Shown: piece by piece, positions 17,014 to 28,819 of the stretch
Numbering within the stretch: position 1 is the first letter of the stretch
Layout of the letters: every line of letters begins with the position of its first letter
Translations under genes and position numbers: made by a program
Notes under the pieces: generated by a model
What the model was told of the DNA's origin: nothing
Seen by the model: only the letters and a program-made list of their open reading frames with translations
Databases searched by the model: none
From: an uncultured Actinomycetes bacterium
Lineage (GTDB): Bacteria; Actinomycetota; Acidimicrobiia; Spongiisociales; ZC4RG35
Direction of reading: 5' to 3'
NCBI GenBank assembly: GCA_937989945.1
Contig: CALKIG010000008.1
Coordinates: 32,631-96,630 of the forward strand
Length of the DNA: 64,000 bases

Positions 17014-17364
17014 TCAGCGCGAAGCTGACTTACAGTCGACGCACAGTATTGAGGAGGGACGGGCTTCGAGACGTGCCGCCGGAATGTCTTTGCCACAGTT
17101 GTTGCAGGTCCCGTACTTTCCTGATTCGATCTGTGCGAGGGCAGCGTCGACGTCATCCAGCTGGCCTTTGATCGAGTCGACGAGCCCCAGGACCTCGGTC
17201 CTTTCCGCTGTCACCGACCCTGCGTCGGCGAAGCTGTCGCCGAAGTCGAGGTCGGACCTCAGATCGCCGGACTCGGCAGCTCCGAGCTCCTCCAATTGGT
17301 GGACGAGATGGGCACGCTCTTCGAGTAGAGATGCCTTCGCTTGAGATGTGTCGATGGTGCTCAT
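17014..17364 (-). CDS. TraR/DksA-family C4 zinc-finger protein
   Basis: N-terminal coiled-coil followed by CNNCGKDIPAARLEARPSSILCVDC (CxxC-x17-CxxC). The ATG overlaps the xerD stop (ATGA). Confidence 0.75.
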   Translation of the reverse strand: MSTIDTSQAKASLLEERAHLVHQLEELGAAESGDLRSDLDFGDSFADAGSVTAERTEVLGLVDSIKGQLDDVDAALAQIESGKYGTCNNCGKDIPAARLEARPSSILCVDCKSASR

Positions 17365-18254
17365 CGGCTCCTCGGGTGTGCTTCCAGATATATCTCCACG
17401 AGATGGGTCGAACTGACTCTCGTGTAGACCTGGGTGGTACTGATCGTAGCGTGGCCGAGGAGTTCTTGGACGGTTCTGAGGTCTGCGCCACCTTCAACCA
17501 TATGGGTCGCCGCCGAGTGTCGCAGCACGTGCGGAGAGACCATTTTCTCCGGGATACCCACCGAAACAGCCGCTTCCCGAACGATGTTGAACACCGCTTG
17601 CCGGCTCAGGCGCCTCCCCCGCACACTGGTGAAAAGGGGGTCGCCGCGTTGTTGGCGGCTGACAATCTCGGATCGATCTGGAAGCCAGCCTCTCACAGCT
17701 TCGACGGCCTTGTTTCCCAACGGCACCAGCCGCTGTTTCGACCCTTTGCCAGTCAAGATCGCCACGCGATCCTCGATGTCGACATCGGTCAGGTCGAGTG
17801 CCACGGCCTCCGATACCCGTGACCCCGTCCCGTAGAGGAATTCAAGAACAGCCCGGTCACGCCGTCCCTTGAGTGTCCTGATTTCTGGTGCCTCGACCAG
17901 TGCAATCGCCTGTTCCACAGTCAACGCCTTGGGCAGAGGGTCTCCCTGTTTCGGGGAATCGAGCAATAGTGTTGGGTCGGCATCTCGGTACTGCTCGGCC
18001 ACCAGAAATCGATGCAGCCCTTTGATCGATGCCATCTTTCGGGCGATGGTCGATGGTGCGAGCCCGTCATCCCGCAGTGCGCTGATGAAGGTCTCCACGA
18101 GGTCTTCATCGGGCTCCGAGCCATCGAGAAAGTCCAGATATTGGGTCAGGTCTCGCTGATAGGCCTTGAGGGTGTTGGCTGCCAGCCCACGCTCGACCCG
18201 AAGCGACACGAGATACTCGTCGACACCCGAGGCGAGGCTCGCCTCGGTGCTCAC
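17361..18254 (-). CDS. xerD: site-specific tyrosine recombinase XerD
   Basis: GTG 18254 overlaps the ald stop (GTGA). Core-binding N-domain (YLVSLRVERGLAANTLKAYQRDL). Catalytic region ..GTGSRVSEAVAL.., HVLRHSAATHMVEGGADLRTVQELLGHATISTTQVYTRV (R, HxxR, H, Y). Confidence 0.85.
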   Translation of the reverse strand: MSTEASLASGVDEYLVSLRVERGLAANTLKAYQRDLTQYLDFLDGSEPDEDLVETFISALRDDGLAPSTIARKMASIKGLHRFLVAEQYRDADPTLLLDSPKQGDPLPKALTVEQAIALVEAPEIRTLKGRRDRAVLEFLYGTGSRVSEAVALDLTDVDIEDRVAILTGKGSKQRLVPLGNKAVEAVRGWLPDRSEIVSRQQRGDPLFTSVRGRRLSRQAVFNIVREAAVSVGIPEKMVSPHVLRHSAATHMVEGGADLRTVQELLGHATISTTQVYTRVSSTHLVEIYLEAHPRSR

Positions 18255-19381
18255 AGGCCGGTGCCGGCTCCCAATGCCTCGCTGACCGGCGTGTAGTCGG
18301 CGCCGAGACTCCCGGCCACTCCTTCGTGGCACACACTCTCACCCACGATGTTGACTCCGAGTGCGAGCTCGGGTTGGTCGGCGAGCGATCGATCGAGGCC
18401 CTTGTGGGCCAGGGAAACCACATAACGGAGTGTTGCGTTGGTGAGCGCATAGGTCGAAGTGTGGGGCACCGCTCCGGGGATGTTGCCCACGGCGTAATGA
18501 ACCACATCGTCGACCATGTACGTGGGCTCGGCGTGAGTGGTCTCCCTCGAGGTCTCGAAGCAACCACCTTGATCGATGGCCACGTCGACGAGCACCGAAC
18601 CCTTTTTCATGCCGCGCACCATGTCGGCCGTCACCAGCTTGGGCGCTGCGGCCCCCGGGATCAGGACGGTGCCGATCACGAGATCCGCACTCAATACCTG
18701 AGTCTCCAGCGTCAGCTTGTTCGAGTGCACCGTGACGATCCGACCCTGATAGAGAGAGTCGAGGTGACGTAGTTTGTTCAAGTCATTGTCGAGGACGATC
18801 ACCTCGGCCTGCATCCCCATGGCGATGACTGCGGCGTTGGAACCTGCCATGCCACCGCCGATAACAACGACTTTGGCTGGATTCACGCCAGCCACGCCTC
18901 CCAGCAGCAGACCCCGCCCTCCGTGGGCCTTCTCGAGAAAGTAGGCCCCTGCCTGAGTCGCCATACGCCCCGCGATCTCAGACATCGGTGCGAGAAGAGG
19001 GAGACTTCTGTCGGGGAGCTGCACGGTCTCATACGCGATGCCAACGATGCCACGGCTACGCAGCGACTCCGCCATGTCCGGATATGCGGCGAGATGAAGG
19101 TAGGTGAAGAGAATCTGCCCCGATCGGAACATCTCGATCTCCGATGGTTGCGGCTCCTTGACTTTGACGATCATGTCCGCCTCGGCGAACACGTCCGCAG
19201 CCGAGCCGACAATCTCTCCGCCCTGCTCCTGATACTCCTCGTCGAAGATCGTCGAGCCATCGCCGGCTCCAGTTTCGACCAGAACGCGATGCCCGCGTTC
19301 GGTGAGCTCCCGGACTCCTACTGGGGTCAAGGCCACGCGATGCTCGGCAGTCTTTATCTCCTTAGGAACGCCAACGATCAT
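18251..19381 (-). CDS. ald: alanine dehydrogenase
   Basis: MIVGVPKEIKTAEHRVALTP N-terminus, Rossmann VVVIGGGMAGSNAA, 376 aa. Confidence 0.9.
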   Translation of the reverse strand: MIVGVPKEIKTAEHRVALTPVGVRELTERGHRVLVETGAGDGSTIFDEEYQEQGGEIVGSAADVFAEADMIVKVKEPQPSEIEMFRSGQILFTYLHLAAYPDMAESLRSRGIVGIAYETVQLPDRSLPLLAPMSEIAGRMATQAGAYFLEKAHGGRGLLLGGVAGVNPAKVVVIGGGMAGSNAAVIAMGMQAEVIVLDNDLNKLRHLDSLYQGRIVTVHSNKLTLETQVLSADLVIGTVLIPGAAAPKLVTADMVRGMKKGSVLVDVAIDQGGCFETSRETTHAEPTYMVDDVVHYAVGNIPGAVPHTSTYALTNATLRYVVSLAHKGLDRSLADQPELALGVNIVGESVCHEGVAGSLGADYTPVSEALGAGTGL

Positions 19382-19405
19382 CGAGAATGCTCCTGTGGAT
19401 TGTCG

Positions 19406-22763
<3,358 letters not shown>

Positions 22764-22764
<1 letters not shown>

Positions 22765-23537
22765 CAGGGCAGGTGGAATTTGTGCCTCACGAGACCGGCG
22801 AACGACGGAGGATCCAGGGTCACGAAGCGGGCCGGGCGCTCTCCCTGGCGGATGACCACGGTGTCACCAGGGCCGATCTGGCCGAGGTTGGTCTTGTCGA
22901 CACTCACCTTGACCGCCCGGTCCCGGCTGACGGTGACAATGATGTCCCGCTCGGGAGGGAACACAACGGACCGAGAGAAAAGAGAGTGGGCGGCGACGGG
23001 CGTGACGACGAAGGCCTTCAACGCGGGCGAGACGAGAGGCCCTCCGGCAGAAAAGGAATATGCAGTCGAGCCGGTTGGGGTCGCCACGATCAGACCATCT
23101 GCCCGGTAGGTCACGAACCGAACACCGTCGATCTCGACCTCCAGTTCGATCAGCCTCTGGCTATCGACCTTCTCGATCACTACGTCGTTGACCCCCACGA
23201 CTGTGTTGCTGCCGACCGTGGCTGCGACAGTCATCCTCTCCTCGATGCCGAAGTCGCCATTGTGAAGACGCTTGACCACCGACTCGAGGTCTTCAGGGTC
23301 GGCAGCCGTGAGGAAGCCGATGGTGCCCAGATTGAAGCCCAGAACCGGGACGTCGAGCTCGAGAGCTGCCGCCGTCGCCGATAACATCGTCCCATCTCCG
23401 CCTACCGCCACGATCATGTCGGCAGGCTCGGAGGACTCATGGACGGAGATCCCGCGCGCTTCGAATTCGGCCATCAGCCGATCTGCGAACACTCGCGTCT
23501 CCGGTCGGCCACTGCGAACGTGGACTCTTACTCTCAA
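22764..23537 (-). CDS. nadK: NAD kinase
   Basis: GGDGTML motif, ..NLGTIGFL.., ..ATPTGSTAYSFSAGGP... The TTG start overlaps the upstream stop (TTGA). Confidence 0.9.
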
Positions 23538-23695
23538 CTGCCTTCCTGGTCTTCGAGTATCGAATTGAGCAATTCGGCGAGCTCTGCTGCGGGATCAGGT
23601 AGCTCCGCAGGGTCGAGTCGTGCGATCTCTTCCAGCTTCTTCTCGATCAGCGAGATCGTCTCGTCGGGGATGTCCATGATGGGATTATCGCTCAT
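23534..23695 (-). CDS. small acidic hypothetical protein (Rv1693-like position)
   Basis: 53 aa from ATG 23695 (MSDNPIMDIPDETISLIEKKLEEIARLDPAELPDPAAELAELLNSILEDQEGS). It is wedged between the HAD gene and nadK with overlaps at both ends. Confidence 0.4.
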   Translation of the reverse strand: MSDNPIMDIPDETISLIEKKLEEIARLDPAELPDPAAELAELLNSILEDQEGS

Positions 23696-24467
23696 CTTCC
23701 CGTGCCAGCACCAGATCGACGGCTGCAGAGACATCAGGCACCACATGGTCGGCGTCGCCGGTGTCATCGTCCTCGGCGGTGACCCCAGTCATCACGAGTA
23801 TCGACGTCCATTCCGGGTCATGCGCAGCCAGAGCGATGTCGGTATCGACTCTGTCACCGATCACCCAGGCCGTGGATACACCCAGCGCATGAATGAGGTC
23901 TCTCGTCGGCTTCTCAGGCTTGCCGGCGACCAGGGGCGAAACTCCGGAGGCGACTTCTATGGCCGCGACGATAGAGCCGGCCCCTGGCTTGAGACCATCG
24001 GATGTCGGGAAGGTCGGATCCCGGTTCGTGGCGATGAAGGTGGCCCCACCTCGAATAGCGCTGGCCGCCCTGTCGAGGGTGTTGTAGTCGAAGTCGCGAT
24101 CAAGCCCGACGACAACGCAACTGGCCTGAATTGGATCCTCAGTCATTTGGATTCCGGCGCCCAGCACCGCCTCCCGGATGCCATCGCCACCCACGACCAT
24201 GCAGCGGCTCGCGTTTTCCGGCAAGAGGGCCACTGCCGCAGTGGCTGAGGTGACGATCTGCTCGGGAGCCGCCTCATACCCGACCACCTCCTTGAGTTTC
24301 GCGGCTACCTGTTTGGTGGTCCGGGTCGAGTTGTTGGTGACGAACACGACCTGATGACCGGCCTGCTCGAGCCGATTCAAGGCTTCGTCTGCTCCAGGGA
24401 TCGCCTCCGTCCCCCGGTAGAGGACACCATCCATGTCCACTATGACTGTCGACGGTGCAACGGTCAC
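23685..24467 (-). CDS. HAD-superfamily hydrolase, subfamily IIA (NagD / Rv1692-like phosphatase)
   Basis: DxD motif VIVDMDGVLYRG, VTNNS, and C-terminal ..VIGDRVDTDI... The GTG start overlaps the M20 stop (GTGA). Confidence 0.8.
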   Translation of the reverse strand: MTVAPSTVIVDMDGVLYRGTEAIPGADEALNRLEQAGHQVVFVTNNSTRTTKQVAAKLKEVVGYEAAPEQIVTSATAAVALLPENASRCMVVGGDGIREAVLGAGIQMTEDPIQASCVVVGLDRDFDYNTLDRAASAIRGGATFIATNRDPTFPTSDGLKPGAGSIVAAIEVASGVSPLVAGKPEKPTRDLIHALGVSTAWVIGDRVDTDIALAAHDPEWTSILVMTGVTAEDDDTGDADHVVPDVSAAVDLVLAREDER

Positions 24468-25792
24468 GTCGGTTCCGTGCCGAACCGATCGAGTACCTCT
24501 TCATACAACCGCTGGGTCTTCTCGACCGATGCAATGGACACCCGCTCGTCATTGCCATGGAAGAGCGACAGCATCTCCGAGAAAGCCATCCTGTCGTCGA
24601 AGAGCCCCACACCGTATGCGATGGTGCCCTTGGCTCTCCAGAATCTCGCGTCGGTGGCAACAGTCATCATCGCCGGCATCACTCGGCGGTGACCTTCGAT
24701 CTGTTCCACGGAGTCGGTGATCACCTCCCACAGATGAGAAGGTCTCTCCGAGAACGTCGCCTCCATGTCCATGACCGGATCCAGCTCAACGCGGTCGGAC
24801 GCCGAGCCCATTGCCTTGTGCAAGTAGACGTCGATGTCTCTTCGACTTGTGCCGGGCAATGCTCTGATGTCCACTTCGGCCCTGGCCCGATCGGCGATCG
24901 TGTTGGTCTTGGAGCCGGCAATCGCCCGGTTCGGCGACACGGTCAAGTGCGTCGCTGCGTGGATGTATCTGGCGAATGTTGGGTCGCCTGCCGCGATCTC
25001 ATCGATGGCGGCGTCCACCTGGTCCGGGTCCAGCAGTCGCTCCGCCAGCCCGACCTCGAGACCTGCCGCCTCCACGAACTCACGCCACTCATCGGTGATA
25101 GAGACGGGTGGATCGGTGGTGAAGATCCCGTTGAGGGCTGCTGACATCGTCTCCAGCGCGTTGTCGACGCCGTACGGGGCAGAACCGTGTCCGGGAACTC
25201 CCACCGTCCTCAGGATCGTCCAGAAGGCCCCTTTCTCACCGACGGAGATCGGGATCATTTGACCCTGCGGACCGGTCAGGGGCGGATACGCCACTTCCGT
25301 GAGCAGGTAGTCGGCATGTACCACCTCCCAGTGCTCTTCGACCAGGTATTGGGCACCATGCCGGCCTCCTGACTCCTCGTCGGCCACCGCAGCGAACACG
25401 AGGTCACCGCGCGGCTTCTTCTCGCCGGTTAGATATGGCTTGACCGCCACGGCCATAGCTGCCGTGACATTCAACATGTCAAGAGCTCCCCGGCCTAGGA
25501 CCCAGCCATCCTCGACCGTCGCGGCAAACGGATCCACGGACCACATGTCGGGATTCGCAGGAACCACATCGAGGTGCGGCACCAGGGCGAGCGATGGCGC
25601 CCCCGGGTCGCTCCCCCGAACCCGATAGACCAATGACTGTCGGCCCGGCATCGGCTCGTACACCTGTCCATTCACGCCCAGGAACTCCTGCAAGGTCTGC
25701 ACCGACCGTTCTTCGTGACCGCTGGAGACCGTGCCGTCGTTGACACAGGCGTTCGTGATCATCTCGCGCATCAAGTCGACAACGACGCTCAT
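24464..25792 (-). CDS. M20-family metallopeptidase (dipeptidase / ArgE-DapE-like)
   Basis: ATG 25792 overlaps the NUDIX stop (ATGA). ..[10 protein letters not shown].., ..AVADEESGG.., ..PGHGS... The 94 Arg/Gly-rich residues upstream in the track ORF are spurious. Confidence 0.8.
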   Translation of the reverse strand: MSVVVDLMREMITNACVNDGTVSSGHEERSVQTLQEFLGVNGQVYEPMPGRQSLVYRVRGSDPGAPSLALVPHLDVVPANPDMWSVDPFAATVEDGWVLGRGALDMLNVTAAMAVAVKPYLTGEKKPRGDLVFAAVADEESGGRHGAQYLVEEHWEVVHADYLLTEVAYPPLTGPQGQMIPISVGEKGAFWTILRTVGVPGHGSAPYGVDNALETMSAALNGIFTTDPPVSITDEWREFVEAAGLEVGLAERLLDPDQVDAAIDEIAAGDPTFARYIHAATHLTVSPNRAIAGSKTNTIADRARAEVDIRALPGTSRRDIDVYLHKAMGSASDRVELDPVMDMEATFSERPSHLWEVITDSVEQIEGHRRVMPAMMTVATDARFWRAKGTIAYGVGLFDDRMAFSEMLSLFHGNDERVSIASVEKTQRLYEEVLDRFGTEPT

Positions 25793-26205
25793 GACTGTTC
25801 CTCCAGCATCTCGACCAGGACTTCCACGAGCTGGTACATGGTCAGGGTGAGGTCCATGCCACCCGCCTCTTGGATGGGCACCCAGGCCACTTCTTGGGCG
25901 TCGTCGGACGCCCGCAGTTCGCCCCCGACGGCCTGTCCTAGAAAATCGATGAGGACGAGGTGGTGTTCGTCCTCGATGAGCTCGCCGACCCAAATGACCT
26001 CGTCGAGCTTGACGAGGAGCCCCGTCTCCTCCTTGACCTCTCGAGTCGCCGCCTCGGCCAGGGTCTCGCCCCATTCGACCTTGCCGCCCGGGACCGCCCA
26101 GAGACCCTTGCCCGGGTCGCGACCGCGACGCACGAGCAATATCTCATCGCCCTCCACCACAGCAACTCCCACTCCCACGACGGGGAGCTCACTCACGGTG
26201 GTCAT
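25789..26205 (-). CDS. NUDIX hydrolase
   Basis: Nudix box [24 protein letters not shown]; 138 aa. Confidence 0.85.
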   Translation of the reverse strand: MTTVSELPVVGVGVAVVEGDEILLVRRGRDPGKGLWAVPGGKVEWGETLAEAATREVKEETGLLVKLDEVIWVGELIEDEHHLVLIDFLGQAVGGELRASDDAQEVAWVPIQEAGGMDLTLTMYQLVEVLVEMLEEQS

Positions 26206-26665
26206 CGTGATGCATCACTATCGACCTCGCACTGAATCCCCCCGCTTCGAAGAAGTTCTTTGCAAGACGATGGCCCGGAAGGACATGAGCATCGAATTTG
26301 GTGATACCTCTCTCCCTGAGCGCTTCCATCGCCAGGTTCCTCATCGCCTCTCCGACGGCGACCTGGCGCGCCTCCTCCTCAACGAAAACCATCCTGATGG
26401 AGCCGATCAACTCACCGGCCGCCTGGGGCAGCAGCTCTTCTACTCGAGCCAGCAGGAATCCAAATGGGTACTCGAACACGGAGCCGATCACGACGAGTGT
26501 GTCCGACGAGCCCAAGGCGTCGAGGAATGCGTCATCCACAGGCTCGGGAAGCCCATCGGACAGGGGCCACATCTGGTGGAGACCGGTCATCTCCTTTTCC
26601 AAGTCGCGATACAGGGAGACCAGAACGTCGATATCTTCGTTGGTTGCCATCCGGGCGTTGATCAT
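26189..26665 (-). CDS. GNAT-family N-acetyltransferase
   Basis: ATG 26665 overlaps the ppm1 stop (ATGA). Motif A-like [14 protein letters not shown] and C-terminal ..[12 protein letters not shown]... The upstream 115 aa of the track ORF overlap ppm1 out of frame. Confidence 0.65.
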   Translation of the reverse strand: MINARMATNEDIDVLVSLYRDLEKEMTGLHQMWPLSDGLPEPVDDAFLDALGSSDTLVVIGSVFEYPFGFLLARVEELLPQAAGELIGSIRMVFVEEEARQVAVGEAMRNLAMEALRERGITKFDAHVLPGHRLAKNFFEAGGFSARSIVMHHDDHRE

Positions 26666-27396
26666 CTCTGCCAAAACGCTAACCGCCTCCGCCAGTGGGC
26701 AAGCCCCCATCTGGTGACGAGGCCCATCGCTTCGCGCACGATGTCGGGGCCCATCTTCGACGTGCCCCGGGCGCGGTCGTGGAAGGCAATCGGCACCTCC
26801 ACGATGTTCAAACCCTGCTGCACCGCTCGCCAGGCCATCTCGACCTGAAATCCGTACCCGGAGGCTTCGGCCTTCTCGTACGGGAGTTTGCGCAACGCTT
26901 CGACGCGGAAAGCCCGGAAACCGGCGGTAGCGTCCCTGACGCCGATGCCGAGCATCAGCCGGGAATAGAGATTTCCACCCCGTGAGATGAGGCGTCGATG
27001 CAGCGGCCAATCTGGAGTTGATCCGCCTGGAACGTACCGGGAGCCGATAGCGAGATCGGCGCCGTCTTCGACGGCCTTCACCAGTCTCGGGAGGTCCTTC
27101 GGGTCATGGGAGAAGTCGGCGTCCATCTCGACCACCACTTCGGCGCCATCCTCCATCGCCCGGTTGAAACCAGCCGCATAGGCCGGACCGAGTCCCTCCT
27201 TCGATCTACGACGGAGCACCGATACACGGGAATCGCCCTCACTCAGCCTGGTGGCGAGATCCCCGGTGCCATCGGGAGAGTTGTCGTCTACCACGAGCAC
27301 CCGGTATCCCTGATGAGTGACTGCCGGGACGATGTGGGCGAGATTCTCCCTCTCGTTGTAAGTAGGTATTACAACCGTTACCCGATCACTCGGCAC
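26662..27396 (-). CDS. ppm1: polyprenol-phosphate mannosyltransferase (Ppm1 / Dpm1-like GT2)
   Basis: VVIPTYNERENL, VVDDNSPDGT, EMDADFSHDP, ..GSRYVPGG.., ..GFRAF..: the classic soluble Ppm1 catalytic domain. Confidence 0.85.
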   Translation of the reverse strand: MPSDRVTVVIPTYNERENLAHIVPAVTHQGYRVLVVDDNSPDGTGDLATRLSEGDSRVSVLRRRSKEGLGPAYAAGFNRAMEDGAEVVVEMDADFSHDPKDLPRLVKAVEDGADLAIGSRYVPGGSTPDWPLHRRLISRGGNLYSRLMLGIGVRDATAGFRAFRVEALRKLPYEKAEASGYGFQVEMAWRAVQQGLNIVEVPIAFHDRARGTSKMGPDIVREAMGLVTRWGLAHWRRRLAFWQR

Positions 27397-27886
27397 AATC
27401 GGCGCAGAGCTGCTTTCGCTTGTTGGCCAGCTGACTGACCCTCTTCACCATGAAGCAAGACTGGCAGACGAACTCGTCCGGACGCTGGGATTGCTCTTCG
27501 ACATTCATAGTGAGCTCTTCGCGTCGAATGGTTCGGAGCACTTCGACCTCGTCTACGAGGAGATTCTCGTCTTTCTCCTCGTCGAGCAATTGAAGCTCCT
27601 GTGTCTCGAGCTCTTCGAGAGCTTCGGTCGTCTCCTCATCCTCGTCGGCGTCGTCGTCATCGTCGTCATCGTCGTCGTCATCAGCGTCGAACTCGCCATC
27701 TCCCAGCGCGTCGTCATCAAAGTCGACGTCATCTTCGAGGTCATCATCCAGGTCATCCTCGAGGTCGGCCTCGAGATCTTCCTCGTCTATATCGGCGTCG
27801 TCGATGTCGACGTCGTCCAAGTCGATGTCGTCGTCATCCAGATCGTCGAGTTCCTCGACGTCTACGTCTGTGTCTTTCTTAGCCAT
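27386..27886 (-). CDS. DUF4193-family protein with greatly expanded poly-acidic region
   Basis: ATG 27886 is preceded by a purine-rich stretch. The C-terminal zinc-ribbon-like tail RPDEFVCQSCFMVKRVSQLANKRKQLCADCAE matches the DUF4193 signature as I recall it. About 100 residues are almost pure D/E, including a D10 run. Confidence 0.7.
   Translation of the reverse strand: MAKKDTDVDVEELDDLDDDDIDLDDVDIDDADIDEEDLEADLEDDLDDDLEDDVDFDDDALGDGEFDADDDDDDDDDDDADEDEETTEALEELETQELQLLDEEKDENLLVDEVEVLRTIRREELTMNVEEQSQRPDEFVCQSCFMVKRVSQLANKRKQLCADCAE
27644..27688 (-). repeat. Asp-codon trinucleotide tract (GAC/GAT)n inside the DUF4193 gene
   Basis: The plus strand reads gtcggcgtcgtcgtcatcgtcgtcatcgtcgtcgtcatcagcgtc. 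This encodes DADDDDDDDDDDAD on the minus strand. Confidence 0.8.
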
Positions 27887-27934
27887 TCTCTTCTCGTCCC
27901 CTCGCCAAACGCGCCGGGAGTATAAGTACAAATC

Positions 27935-28819
27935 TCAGATTTTGAGGTTGATTGCCGCGGGCACAACCCGACCACGTATGTCGGTATTCCCGAGGAAATC
28001 GCCATCAGCCTCCACCGGCCATGCCGGCTCGACACGAAGATCGAACTCGGCGGCGGACAGGCGCCTCACCGCTTTATCCCCGAGATGTGTCCCTTTTACC
28101 ACCTTCGGCACCAAAGCGGGAGCGCGAGTCTTGGGAGTATTGATTATCTGCACGTCGAGGCGGCCGTCTATCAGAGTTGCCTTCGGTGCCACGTTCCAGC
28201 CTCCTGCGAAGAACTGAGCATTGGCGAGAATCACAGCCAGGGCATCGGTTTCAAGTGTCCTCTTCTCCGTTGTCAGACTTATGTGACCCACAGGAAAACG
28301 GGGCAGCCGCCCGGCGAATGCAATTGGATAGCGGGCCGACCCGAGCCTCCTGCTCAATCTCGGTGCGGTCTCAGCAGCCGCGGCCCCGACACCCGCCTGA
28401 GCCACGTTGACAAAGTGCCGACGACCCCATGCCCCTTCGAGGTACGGCACGTCGATTGCATAAATCTGCTCCCCGCTCAGATGCCTGGCAGCGCCACCGA
28501 TGTCTTGAGGGATCCCGAAGGTGCGGAGCAGGTCGCAACCTGTTCCAGACGGCAGCACACCGACTGTGGGCGGCTCGGCCCAATCCATCTCCATCAACTC
28601 GTTCACAACGAGATTCACTGTTCCGTCTCCCCCCACGGTGGCAAAGTGGCTTCGCCCTGCGGAGCGCTCCGCCGCAACGAGTGCCTTCATCTCGGAGATG
28701 CTCTCGGGGGCCTCGACGTCGTAGTCGATGCCTGCCGAGTCGAGAGCGTGGGTAACGATGGCGGGTGACACCGGAAAGCGCCCGGCGCGCCGGTTCACCA
28801 AGACGAGCCAGCGTCTCAC
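27935..28819 (-). CDS. diacylglycerol-kinase-family lipid kinase
   Basis: GTG 28819 overlaps the helY stop (GTGA). LVLVNRRAG.., GGDGTVN motif, ..LPSGTGCD... Confidence 0.8.
   Translation of the reverse strand: MRRWLVLVNRRAGRFPVSPAIVTHALDSAGIDYDVEAPESISEMKALVAAERSAGRSHFATVGGDGTVNLVVNELMEMDWAEPPTVGVLPSGTGCDLLRTFGIPQDIGGAARHLSGEQIYAIDVPYLEGAWGRRHFVNVAQAGVGAAAAETAPRLSRRLGSARYPIAFAGRLPRFPVGHISLTTEKRTLETDALAVILANAQFFAGGWNVAPKATLIDGRLDVQIINTPKTRAPALVPKVVKGTHLGDKAVRRLSAAEFDLRVEPAWPVEADGDFLGNTDIRGRVVPAAINLKI

Noticed and set aside
9672-18254. tRNA-Pro plus a tyrosine recombinase, considered as an integrative element
   Set aside because: The recombinase has the XerD architecture and sits in the conserved pyrG...xerD...scpAB core. 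It is 8 kb from the tRNA with only housekeeping genes between them. No direct repeat of the tRNA 3' end was found.
25793-26074. Arg/Gly-rich N-terminal extensions of track ORFs (this one on the M20 peptidase; similar ones at 33899-34090, 63552-63938, 31354-31491, 15169-15357, 49303-49413)
   Set aside because: Each extension overlaps the upstream gene out of frame and has RGRG-type composition. Each ends exactly where an ATG/GTG/TTG overlaps the upstream stop codon, so the starts were re-assigned.
25715-26848. 377-aa plus-strand ORF
   Set aside because: It is antisense to the M20 peptidase, NUDIX, GNAT and ppm1 genes. It is Ser/Thr/Arg-rich and runs across four real gene boundaries.
27600-27860. 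Short periodic repeats, considered as a possible CRISPR or minisatellite array (also 45069-45178)
   Set aside because: The periodicity is 3 nt, from Asp/Glu codons inside intact ORFs. There are no 25-40-bp repeats with unique spacers and no cas genes, so this is coding low complexity.
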